Source of the DNA: a virus | Taxonomy: Duplodnaviria > Caudoviricetes | Strand: one strand, 5' to 3' | Virus record (IMG/VR): IMGVR_UViG_3300037484_001209 | Span: 1-38,395 of that record | DNA length: 38,395 nucleotides | Part shown: positions 28,395 to 37,007 of the stretch, one piece after another | Position numbering within the stretch: the first letter of the stretch is position 1 | Layout: each line of letters opens with the position of its first letter | Program-made: the position numbers and the translations under genes | Notes under the pieces: model-generated | Told to the model about the DNA's origin: nothing | The model's input: only the letters and a program-made list of their open reading frames with translations | The model's database searches: none

Positions 28395-28987
28395 GTTATA
28401 TTATTGTTTTTGAACGTTATAGAATAAAATCTACTATCTAGAATCTTGTTCAATTCTTTGCTCACATCCTTCCATTCAAGCTCACCCGCACCACATCCTG
28501 GCCTAGGTATCACGATGCAGGTTAAATTGTTTTCATCTGCAATTGTTTTTAATTGTCGTGCAGAATTAAGAATGATATTTAAATCTGCTTTCGCCGCCCA
28601 CCCTGGAACGGTATTTCCAATTTTAAACAGATTAATCATATGTTTAACTACATTGTTTCCGTCAAATTTGGTATAGTCTGGCTTTACGGGAAAAGCATAA
28701 AGACGAGCATTAATTTCCTTGAACTTTCCTAAATTATGAACCTTTCCCGCACCATCCGAGGAAATAAGAGAACCGAGCAATAAATCTAAATTTGCATATT
28801 TGAATTTATATAGAGCTTCCAGAGCACAACCACGGCCCATTACTGCTCCGCCATTTTTTTTAACAAATCCGTTAGTTGTTATACAAATAGCATCTGGAGA
28901 TATATTTGTGTGTAAAAAGCCACGAGTAGGTAGTGGTTGAATTAAATAAGATTTGGGGTTAAACAAATCTCCGTATAGATCTATCAT
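28391..28987 (-). CDS. Macrodomain protein, TARG1/DarG/Poa1-like (198 aa)
   Basis: AICITTN...VMGRGCA, YAFPVK, IVIPRPGCGAGELEWKDV match the TARG1/DarG-type macrodomain pattern. Confidence 0.8.
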   Translation of the reverse strand: MIDLYGDLFNPKSYLIQPLPTRGFLHTNISPDAICITTNGFVKKNGGAVMGRGCALEALYKFKYANLDLLLGSLISSDGAGKVHNLGKFKEINARLYAFPVKPDYTKFDGNNVVKHMINLFKIGNTVPGWAAKADLNIILNSARQLKTIADENNLTCIVIPRPGCGAGELEWKDVSKELNKILDSRFYSITFKNNNIT

Positions 28988-28999
28988 TGTTGTTTTCTC

Positions 29000-29788
29000 C
29001 TATCGTATTTTAACATACCATGGAATAAGGTTTGGGTGCCATACTGCTGGGTGGTTAACGTTACTGTACCCTCTTGTTTTCCATTTGTCAACAAAAAAAG
29101 CGTACGGTTTGTTGGAATCTTTATCAATAGTTTGTTGATTGTTCGATTTCCCCTGTAGATGATATACGAGAGAATCGTATACGACCCAAAAACGACGGCA
29201 ACCTGAATGATAGGCTTCCTGAACCAAATCGTCGTCCGTACAATACGAATAATAGGAAGGGTCAACACCATTCATTTTTTCCCACAATTTTCGGTGCATA
29301 AAAAACGGCATTCGATAACCTGACACGATTGTATTGTCTTTATATTCTTTAAAGTCGTGGAGTAGCTTTTCTTCTTCGAATTCATTCCATTCTTTTCCAT
29401 AATCTTTTATTACATGAAATTCTGTGTGACCCTTGGTGGGCTCGATAGACCGCGAGCAAAGAAGAAAAGAGGCTGGTGGGAGATTTTTTACGGCAGATAG
29501 CATCGGCGTATCCCAACCTGGAAGAAGGTACATATCAGTGTGTGGTAGATAAAAGAAATCCCCTGCGGCGACCCTAGCACATTCGTTTAACGCAGCATTG
29601 AGCCCAACATTTTTACCATTGCCTATTATTTTTATATTTACATCAGGTTCTAGTCTACCATTCCCGCCATTATCGTATATTATCAATTCAGTTTCTACGG
29701 AAGTGTTTTTTCTCCACCCTGGGAGAAATACTCTTTCTAGTAGTTGCTCGGACTTGTATGCTGCGAGGAGGAGACTAATTTTTGACAT
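29000..29788 (-). CDS. Glycosyltransferase family 2, paralog of 26958..27758 (262 aa)
   Basis: LIIYDNG, NVGLNAALN, HTDMYLLPGWD, GVDPSYY...DDD, VYHL. Confidence 0.87.
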   Translation of the reverse strand: MSKISLLLAAYKSEQLLERVFLPGWRKNTSVETELIIYDNGGNGRLEPDVNIKIIGNGKNVGLNAALNECARVAAGDFFYLPHTDMYLLPGWDTPMLSAVKNLPPASFLLCSRSIEPTKGHTEFHVIKDYGKEWNEFEEEKLLHDFKEYKDNTIVSGYRMPFFMHRKLWEKMNGVDPSYYSYCTDDDLVQEAYHSGCRRFWVVYDSLVYHLQGKSNNQQTIDKDSNKPYAFFVDKWKTRGYSNVNHPAVWHPNLIPWYVKIR

Positions 29789-30485
29789 AAAGTAAAAATC
29801 CCCCCATGTGTCCCTTCAGACGGCTCTCGGCTCCACTAATACATTTGACGGTGTAGCCGTTCTTTGCAAAAGCGTTCATTTGAATGCATCTTTCCCAAAA
29901 ATTATCACTCACCTGATCGTCTATAAAAATTACAAATTTGTCTTGGGTACTCCGTTTAAACTCGCTAAGCTCCTTGAGCATATGACTCATGGTGTGCAAG
30001 CTATCGTGAGAGAAGAAGGATGTGCCTAGAAATGCTTCTTTTGGGTACTTTTCCTTTATATAAAGTAAAGAGTCCGTCCCTGTTTCCAATTCCCAGTTAA
30101 TCGAGCCCTTCCAGCGCTCGGGCACCAGGGTAGCAATTTTAGATAAATCATCAGATAATTCTACAGAAGTAACCCGACCGTAGTGTTTTCCCGCGGCTTC
30201 CAAAATAAAAGAGGTATAATATCCTCCCGAAACACCCGTTTCGAAGGAAAATATTGGTTTATAATATCTTATTAAGGCGTATATAACACACCCATTAAGA
30301 GTTGTTCCAGCCCCGCCGAGGGGAGTACGTTTTTTCCAGTCAAAATCTTTTTCTCTGTCTATTATGATCCTTTTAAGATCTGGGTTTAGTTTTATCTCTT
30401 TTTCGACGTAATTTTCATAAAGATTTTCATTTATGTCAAAAGCTTCCTGAACATCTTCTAGCGCTATCTTTATTAGCTCCCACAT
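29775..30485 (-). CDS. Class I SAM-dependent methyltransferase, Methyltransf_24-like (236 aa)
   Basis: FETGVSGGYYT, TSVEL, FSHDSLHT, IFIDD. Confidence 0.78.
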   Translation of the reverse strand: MWELIKIALEDVQEAFDINENLYENYVEKEIKLNPDLKRIIIDREKDFDWKKRTPLGGAGTTLNGCVIYALIRYYKPIFSFETGVSGGYYTSFILEAAGKHYGRVTSVELSDDLSKIATLVPERWKGSINWELETGTDSLLYIKEKYPKEAFLGTSFFSHDSLHTMSHMLKELSEFKRSTQDKFVIFIDDQVSDNFWERCIQMNAFAKNGYTVKCISGAESRLKGHMGGFLLYVKN

Positions 30486-30488
30486 TTT

Positions 30489-31487
30489 TTATTCTTTGTG
30501 CGTTTGTACAGACTCTATCCACTCCTGCATTATGGAGGGTCCTGGTTGATCTAGCTTGAATTTATATTTTACTTTGTCGCTATCCTCGCCACCTTGTTTG
30601 TAAAGATGCTGCGCGAGTTTTTGTACTTCTTCTAGGATTTCGAAATCGAATCCTGGAAATCTGTCTTGTGATTCTTCTTGATAGAGCAGCGACCACAGCT
30701 TATCCCAGACCCCTCCCTTCTTCAGCTGTTCAGTCTTTCTTGGGATAGAACACCAAGAATAATGGTACACGGAGGGTATGTGGTTTACGAGTTGATTTAT
30801 GATTTTGGCATAATCGGCTGGGACGTACAGTCTTGCTGTCTCAATTTGATCGCTGTAAAATCCAACATGAGGCAACATTTCATTATTCATGGTGTTTACG
30901 TATTCGCAACCATCCGACATTCCTTTCTTGGCATAAACGCGACCTGTTTTTTCGTCGGTGACTCTGGCATGATTGTTTATGCCGTGAGTAATCTCTGGCT
31001 TATTGCGGGATAATCTCCACTTCCAGGCATGTCGCCGCCCTGTAACCTCTTCGCCGTTACCCCACATTTCGATTACAGGAAGGTGAAGGATGTCTGCTTG
31101 TTTGGGAAATTTTTTTACCATAAGCTTGATTTTTTCGTAATCTCTTTCGTGGCATACCTCATCACAATCTTGCTGCCACAAGAACTCATTCTCACACAAA
31201 GCCCGCGCGAAACCCTTTTGAATGCCGTCGATGCCAGGCTCTTCCCAGTCAAATTCCTTTTGAAATAATTTAATTTTGTTATCTTTTTCGGCCTCAGACT
31301 GCAGCAGCTCCCAAGTTCCATCGGTAGAACATCCGTCAACCACAACCACTTCGTCACAAAACCCTAACATGCTTTTAATCGATTCTACAAACGGATAACT
31401 TGCCGCGTTGTAGGTGGTAGTATATCCCGATATCTTTCTGTAAATTGGTTGATATGCGAATTCTTGATTTCGTGTTAGTTTATTCAT
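30489..31487 (-). CDS. Glycosyltransferase family 2 (332 aa)
   Basis: YPFVESIKSMLGFCDEVVVVDGCSTDGT, QQDCDEV, VYHYSW. Confidence 0.88.
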   Translation of the reverse strand: MNKLTRNQEFAYQPIYRKISGYTTTYNAASYPFVESIKSMLGFCDEVVVVDGCSTDGTWELLQSEAEKDNKIKLFQKEFDWEEPGIDGIQKGFARALCENEFLWQQDCDEVCHERDYEKIKLMVKKFPKQADILHLPVIEMWGNGEEVTGRRHAWKWRLSRNKPEITHGINNHARVTDEKTGRVYAKKGMSDGCEYVNTMNNEMLPHVGFYSDQIETARLYVPADYAKIINQLVNHIPSVYHYSWCSIPRKTEQLKKGGVWDKLWSLLYQEESQDRFPGFDFEILEEVQKLAQHLYKQGGEDSDKVKYKFKLDQPGPSIMQEWIESVQTHKE

Positions 31488-32389
31488 GATGGTACTCCAT
31501 ATTGTTGTAATATATTTCTTATATTTCCTTCTGTTATTTTTTCTAGAAATGATATCCTAACGAAATGTTTTATGTCATTTTTGTTGTTAGCGATTTTTAA
31601 GTTTTTAATTTTGTCCATTTTTTGAATATATTTTAACTTTGACTCCCCCCCAAAGATTTTAACTTCTTTAAAGTGTTGCTCTCCGTCGTATTCTATTGCT
31701 AATTTTATTTCTGGCACAAACAAATCTAACCGCATGCGGCGGCGGTTTTTTAGCCAGCCAAATTTATTATATTCTGTTAAAATTTTATAATCTGGATAAA
31801 TTCTACAAAGTATATCTTTTATTTTTGTTACAGTCCTTCCCGTCTTACATGAGGGACACCACGTTTTACCGTTCAAGAGCGAATCGAAGCATGCCATCCA
31901 GGTGTGACCTTTTTTGCATTTCCATGAAAGTTTCGTATGAGCGTTTTTATAGGATTTAGATAAACACTCTCCACCCATAAGACCTGCAAACTCTTTTATA
32001 AAACTTAAATCGTGCTTGCTTACTCCCGCGCATATAGCACACCATTTATTTTTATTTTTAATATTGTCGAAATTTGCATGCCACATATGTCCTTTGGCGC
32101 ATTCCCACTGTAATAATTCTTTAGCGTTATTATATACAGAGCTTAAACATCTGCCGTTTTTGAGGGCAGCCACCTCGCGGCATTTGGTTATTGAGTGTTT
32201 TAAGACTTCGCTGCAAGAAGCACATTTACTTTTTCTAAACGATGAATAACTACAATAATATTCATAACCACAAACTTTGCACATCAATAAAAGCTTGGTA
32301 TTGCAATTTTTATACGTGCCAGAAACAATAATTATATTATTATTTTTTAATAATTTAACAATATAATTGTGGCTAAGCGCTTTTCCCAT
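31484..32389 (-). CDS. Putative free-standing homing endonuclease: Zn-ribbon repeats plus Vsr-like PD-(D/E)xK domain (301 aa)
   Basis: Repeats G.CLS..Y.NA...L.W.C.KGH.W.A.FD.....WC..C (two clear copies, one degenerate). C-terminal RLDLFVPEIKLAIEYDGEQHF. Confidence 0.75.
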   Translation of the reverse strand: MGKALSHNYIVKLLKNNNIIIVSGTYKNCNTKLLLMCKVCGYEYYCSYSSFRKSKCASCSEVLKHSITKCREVAALKNGRCLSSVYNNAKELLQWECAKGHMWHANFDNIKNKNKWCAICAGVSKHDLSFIKEFAGLMGGECLSKSYKNAHTKLSWKCKKGHTWMACFDSLLNGKTWCPSCKTGRTVTKIKDILCRIYPDYKILTEYNKFGWLKNRRRMRLDLFVPEIKLAIEYDGEQHFKEVKIFGGESKLKYIQKMDKIKNLKIANNKNDIKHFVRISFLEKITEGNIRNILQQYGVPS

Positions 32390-32395
32390 TTCTTA

Positions 32396-34567
32396 TTATT
32401 CGTATTCTTTTAGTAATCTTACGCAAGCCTTAAATATTTCTTCTGCTGCAATTTCGTTAATGGGCCCATTTCCGTCTGGGTTTTTGACACATCTATTTTT
32501 GTAGCACGCGCGATCAACGCAACCGCTTCTTCGTTCGCTCTGTAAAAGAATATACTTGGCAGATGCCATATCTGGGACCCACGGGCCTGTACTCGATGCG
32601 TAAGAACATCCGAAAATCGCCACCAAGGGTGTCCCCAACCCCGCCGCCACATGCATAGGCGCACTGTCGATTCCTACATGCACCACGGCACCCGAAAGTA
32701 CCTGTGCAAGTTGATTATAGGACGTTTTTCCTCTTAGATCGATATCCACTTCGGCGTACTGTTTATCTTCCCCTGCTCCTACTTGCACGACTTTCAAATC
32801 TGGATAGAGGGATTTTAAATTTTGTAGAACTTCACTCCACTCTTCATAATTTCTCGCCTCCCATCGCCCCACACCCGAGCCAGGGTGGAAAGTTAGATAT
32901 GCGCCACCTGATTCGTTAAACCCTTCAATCGCTTCCTTCTGTATGAAATAATTTCCAAGTTTTGTATTGCAGTGATTCGCATACTCATCAGCGAGCAATC
33001 TCCCTTGCCCTCTTTTGATCCAATTGCTGAATGTATATTGTGTTGCGACATTGGGGGTGAGGGCAAGATCAAATAAACCCTCTAGTAGATCTACATTGAT
33101 CATAGTCTCGTTCCACGGAATAACCTTGTGAATATGTGGATTATCTTTTAATATATCCACATATTTCATATCGGTTGCAAAATAAATTTTGCATTCTGGT
33201 GGTAATTCTTTTACTAGCCCATCAATTACTGCTGTCGAAATATAGACATCACCCGCGCTCATGGGCATTGTGTATATGACATTGTAATCGTTAGGTGTAT
33301 CAATAAACGCCTGAAGGTGCCCTTGGGGCGATATTTTGCTCTCTGTCTCTCGAATTAAGTGCTGTCTGATGGTATTTACGAAGTTTTCGCCTACTTTTTT
33401 GGTGTCAAACTCGTCTCGAACTGTTGCAGATAGTTCCTGCGCCCACTCATATGGCTTGATGTAAGATGATATAATTTTTCTCATCTTTCGTTTTACGTCG
33501 TCTTCTTTTGCGTTGGCCCATCGTGAGCCCTTAATCATTACATTTTCCCACACAGCAACGTCGGGGATCTCGCGTAAGTCGTACTCCACTGGAAGCCATT
33601 TGCCTCTGTTTAGAAAATCAAGATGGCCCGACCAATTTGTAGCAATAACTGGCAATCCGCAGGCGGAGGCCTCTAATAGAGGTAAGCCGAATCCTTCACC
33701 GTGAGTGAGCGAAATAAATGCCTTAATCTTTGGGTGGTTATAAAGATCTGCCATCTCCTCGTCAGTCAAGTTTGCGTGAATTAGGTAAATTGAGGGCACG
33801 TCTTCTGCTTTGAAATTTGATTTAATTTCCTGTAATCGAGTCTTTACTAAACTATAATCCATCAAAGAATTCTTAGCCATGTTGACTTTTAATACAAGAC
33901 CAACATCCTTTCTTCCTTTAAAAGTTTCAATGAAGTATTTTACAAGCAGTGCGATGTTTTTACGATCTTCGCCGTACGTGCCTCGTCCCCATTGCCCGAC
34001 ATGAAGAAAATTAAATTCTGGCTCAAGATCAAAAAGATTTTTTTCTATCACACGAGGAAGAAATAGACTGGTATCTACACCTTCGTGACACACGATAACA
34101 GGTTTTACTACTTTCATTTGTCCCGATTGCTGCGTTCTGGGATCCTGCCACTCTACAATAGTGTTACAAAGGCTTTCCTTGCTGTGTTCGCTGGGAACGA
34201 CAATCAAATCCATTTCGTTGCATTTCTGCACCCATACAACCGCGACACGATCAACTTCAATCCCTGCCGTTACCCCAACGTTGAAAGTACCTTGCCTTTC
34301 AAATTCGTTTGGGATTGTAATGTGAACAAAGAGATCAAACTTATTATTTCCGTTGTGTTTTTCGGCAACTCTTTTTTCTACAAGCTTACGGATGGTTTGC
34401 TTTTCCTCTGTATTCTCGGTGAGAAATGAGGTATGCCCCCAGTTTATATTTTCGACATGTACATCGAAAATAGGATCTTGAAGCAACGCTGTGAGAATCT
34501 CGCGAGCATGTTTTCCATAGCCTGATTGTGTCAAAACTGGACCTTTTAGCAGCGTCTTAATCTTCAT
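32396..34567 (-). CDS. Bifunctional glycosyltransferase: N-terminal GT4 plus C-terminal GT9 (ADP-heptose heptosyltransferase-like) (723 aa)
   Basis: GT4: SGYGKHAR...RKNI...EGFGLPLLEASACGLPVIATNWSGHLDF. GT9: SAGDVYIST...ILKDNPHIHKV...FHPGSG...DLRGKTSYNQLAQVL...VGIDSAPMHVAAGLGTPLVAIFG plus a C-terminal Cys cluster. Confidence 0.9.
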   Translation of the reverse strand: MKIKTLLKGPVLTQSGYGKHAREILTALLQDPIFDVHVENINWGHTSFLTENTEEKQTIRKLVEKRVAEKHNGNNKFDLFVHITIPNEFERQGTFNVGVTAGIEVDRVAVVWVQKCNEMDLIVVPSEHSKESLCNTIVEWQDPRTQQSGQMKVVKPVIVCHEGVDTSLFLPRVIEKNLFDLEPEFNFLHVGQWGRGTYGEDRKNIALLVKYFIETFKGRKDVGLVLKVNMAKNSLMDYSLVKTRLQEIKSNFKAEDVPSIYLIHANLTDEEMADLYNHPKIKAFISLTHGEGFGLPLLEASACGLPVIATNWSGHLDFLNRGKWLPVEYDLREIPDVAVWENVMIKGSRWANAKEDDVKRKMRKIISSYIKPYEWAQELSATVRDEFDTKKVGENFVNTIRQHLIRETESKISPQGHLQAFIDTPNDYNVIYTMPMSAGDVYISTAVIDGLVKELPPECKIYFATDMKYVDILKDNPHIHKVIPWNETMINVDLLEGLFDLALTPNVATQYTFSNWIKRGQGRLLADEYANHCNTKLGNYFIQKEAIEGFNESGGAYLTFHPGSGVGRWEARNYEEWSEVLQNLKSLYPDLKVVQVGAGEDKQYAEVDIDLRGKTSYNQLAQVLSGAVVHVGIDSAPMHVAAGLGTPLVAIFGCSYASSTGPWVPDMASAKYILLQSERRSGCVDRACYKNRCVKNPDGNGPINEIAAEEIFKACVRLLKEYE

Positions 34568-34580
34568 TTACAATCTCCAA

Positions 34581-35834
34581 TTAAATTTTAGTAAATTTTA
34601 TTCTATTTTTATTTCCGTGTTCTTTATATTCTTTGATTTTTTTGGACAAAGCACCATCCCATGAATTTACCATGTCGTCAAGCTTGAAAAGCTTTCGCGC
34701 ATGTTCTGCACACTCTTGTCCTAACTTTTCAATATCCGCTTGTGTCATATTGTACATTTTAAGATATGCGGCCAAAATATCTTCATCGGCACATCGGCAA
34801 TCAAAAATATACGGAATTTGTTGACTGCCTGTTAGTGATTTTACTTTGGGGTATATTGATACACCATACTCTTTTCCTGTTTCTGCATCGTAATTTTGAT
34901 CCTGCAGCCCGCCCGTGCGTACAGAGATGACGGGGGTTCCGCACATTAAGCTCTCTAAGCTGCTCAGCCCGAACCCTTCATTGTTGCTCAGGTTGACCGT
35001 ACAGTCTGCAATATTGTAAAATATAGCCATTTGCTCTGGCGGAACCCTCTGGCTAGAGAAGGCAATTTGATCCTGTCGGAGCCCAAGGAGCTTACATACC
35101 TCAAGAAGGTTTGCCCCTTCGAGGTCGTGAGGATCTGAGTGAAGTAATAGAAACGCCTTATCTTGTCCTACTACGTCTAACGTTTCCTTAAAGGTTTTTA
35201 TAACATCAGAAGTCATTTTACGTCTAGCGTTACGGCTATTGTAAAAATACATAAATTTGTCTTTATTGGATCCAAGCGCCGCCGCTTTGTGTTTTGCTAT
35301 ATCTGCGGTGGAAAATGGTCGAAATACTTTTTTGTCTACAGCGTGTGGGATATAGCCACAATCTGCGTGATTTAACGAGGTTAAGATGCTGTGAGTTAGT
35401 TTGGAAATACAGCCGACATAATCACACGAATCGTAAAAGTCCTTATTGAACTCGGGGATTGGGAACTCGTCCCACACATGATAGTACAAAATGGGGATTC
35501 CTCTGTCCTTTATTTCGTCGGACATCCCAATCAACCACGAATAGAATCTAGGGTCGGTCATTATCCAGATTGCATCTGGCTTTTCCACTTCCATTAGCTC
35601 TCTTACTATGGTCTCATCGCCGTAGCCATCAACTGGAAAAATAATCCAATCATCTCCGAACTCTTGCACCTTCTGGGGTCTGTAGTCTGGATGTTTTACT
35701 GCCCCCCCCAAGCTCCTTATTTGATATCTGCCAGTCCTAAGCAGCCCCTCGAAAATGTATTTAGATTGCGTCCCCACTCCAGAGCTAACCAGGGGATGGT
35801 CGCCGAAGGTTAAAATTTTATATTTTTCTGTCAT
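34581..35834 (-). CDS. Glycosyltransferase family 4 (417 aa)
   Basis: SSGVGTQ, IPHAVD, RNARRK, EGFGLSSLESLMCGTPVISVRTGGLQDQ. Confidence 0.9.
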   Translation of the reverse strand: MTEKYKILTFGDHPLVSSGVGTQSKYIFEGLLRTGRYQIRSLGGAVKHPDYRPQKVQEFGDDWIIFPVDGYGDETIVRELMEVEKPDAIWIMTDPRFYSWLIGMSDEIKDRGIPILYYHVWDEFPIPEFNKDFYDSCDYVGCISKLTHSILTSLNHADCGYIPHAVDKKVFRPFSTADIAKHKAAALGSNKDKFMYFYNSRNARRKMTSDVIKTFKETLDVVGQDKAFLLLHSDPHDLEGANLLEVCKLLGLRQDQIAFSSQRVPPEQMAIFYNIADCTVNLSNNEGFGLSSLESLMCGTPVISVRTGGLQDQNYDAETGKEYGVSIYPKVKSLTGSQQIPYIFDCRCADEDILAAYLKMYNMTQADIEKLGQECAEHARKLFKLDDMVNSWDGALSKKIKEYKEHGNKNRIKFTKI

Positions 35835-36505
35835 GGTTTATAGCGTCCAATCTCCTTTAAGTATTGTATGTCTTTTCTTGTTTTTATCTTGTGATCGGCT
35901 TCCCAAATCGGTTGTAGATTCGTATAATGACAGGCTTTTAAAAATTCAGCCCTACTTCCCAAGTTGAAGCTTGCAATTGGTGTTATATGATCAATGTGCC
36001 ATCCGTTTTTTCCGTAATTTTCCCATGTCATTTCTGGTTGAAATTTAGATTCAAGATATTTTTTTAGCTCCACCGTAGTGCAGCCAAGATCTTTTATCGC
36101 GGATCCCTGCTTGACTCCATATTTTTTGGTGGCACGAGCGAGCCTACTACGTAAAATAATAGATAATTTGAAATGTATATCTACTTTGTTTCTTTCTCTT
36201 TTATACGTTTTTATTTTTTCCTTATTATTATTATCGTATTTTTTTGTAGTTTTACGTCTGGTTTCTATTCTGCTCGGAAAAGAAGCTCTAATTTTATCAT
36301 ACTCTTTTAGTTTTTGTAAGTTATCAAGTCTATATTTCTTATCTATTTTCTTTTTACATTGTTTACAGTTTGGTCTCAACCCGTCATAAGATATTTTTCT
36401 TGCATGGAATTCGCTTTTTAATAATTTCTTGTTGCACTGCGTGCAAACCTTTGTATCACTATTTATTCTACGTTTTATTTCTTTCGGATCAAGTTTACTT
36501 GTCAC
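35831..36505 (-). CDS. Putative HNH-type homing endonuclease with N-terminal Zn finger (224 aa)
   Basis: KVCTQC...EFH...CKQC; LGC...LKKYLE..F...MTWENYG..WHIDHI.P...CHYTNLQPIW..DH. Confidence 0.82.
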   Translation of the reverse strand: MTSKLDPKEIKRRINSDTKVCTQCNKKLLKSEFHARKISYDGLRPNCKQCKKKIDKKYRLDNLQKLKEYDKIRASFPSRIETRRKTTKKYDNNNKEKIKTYKRERNKVDIHFKLSIILRSRLARATKKYGVKQGSAIKDLGCTTVELKKYLESKFQPEMTWENYGKNGWHIDHITPIASFNLGSRAEFLKACHYTNLQPIWEADHKIKTRKDIQYLKEIGRYKP

Positions 36506-36507
36506 GT

Positions 36508-36744
36508 CTACTTCCCCAAAACAAAATCGTTCACCTGCGTCATTAATTCTTCAAGCTTGGCCTTGGTTTTTTCACCTTCCAACGCCGTCTTTGCGTCGTC
36601 GAGGTTTCCGAACGGCCCCAGCGTAAGCACCACGGCCATCATGGAAATGTAAGCGCCGTCAGATACCTGAACGACATTACCTACTTCTTCGTTAATCCAA
36701 ATGACTCTGCCATCTGCACTTACTTTCCTTTCCCAGCTGCTCAT
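36508..36744 (-). CDS. Hypothetical protein (78 aa; start moved to MSSWERK)
   Basis: AAGGAG SD before the ATG at 36744; ATGA overlap with the upstream stop. Confidence 0.65.
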   Translation of the reverse strand: MSSWERKVSADGRVIWINEEVGNVVQVSDGAYISMMAVVLTLGPFGNLDDAKTALEGEKTKAKLEELMTQVNDFVLGK

Positions 36745-36950
36745 GTAATCTCCTTTTTTGATACTACAGCTGAACCAGAAAAACAAATTGTTCCGCTAAT
36801 GTAGTTTACTACAAATAAATTTATAGCATCCTGCAGCGTTTTGCCGTCTCTGTTTTTTAGTGTAAACTCGAACTTTACGTAATCAGATTCTTCTACCCTG
36901 CTTGAAAACATTTTTGGATTTTGAAATCCTATTTTTTTTCTTCTTCCCAT
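36741..36950 (-). CDS. Small putative ribbon-helix-helix DNA-binding protein (69 aa)
   Basis: KMFSSRVEESDYVKF...GKTLQDAINLFVVNYI fits a strand-helix-helix RHH pattern. Confidence 0.5.
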   Translation of the reverse strand: MGRRKKIGFQNPKMFSSRVEESDYVKFEFTLKNRDGKTLQDAINLFVVNYISGTICFSGSAVVSKKEIT

Positions 36951-36954
36951 ACAT

Positions 36955-36961
36955 ATAAGTA
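36955..36961 (-). promoter_or_regulatory. Candidate promoter motif TACTTAT, 4 nt upstream of ATG, heading the glycosylation gene run
   Basis: Same spacing as the motif before gp25; no SD present. Confidence 0.3.
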
Positions 36962-37007
36962 TACATCTTCTATTGTTCGTTCCAAGAAATGTACACAGAA
37001 ATCCACA

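Noticed and set aside
18224-35834. Bacterial LPS/O-antigen/capsule locus
   Set aside because: No flippase, polymerase, ABC exporter or initiating phosphoglycosyl transferase is present. The island is interleaved with phage-type nucleases and is co-oriented with phage structural genes.
18224-35834. DNA hypermodification cluster as the main explanation
   Set aside because: No hydroxymethylase, thymidylate-synthase-like or TET/JBP gene is in the window to create a base handle. It is not excluded, since such genes could lie elsewhere, but it is less favoured.
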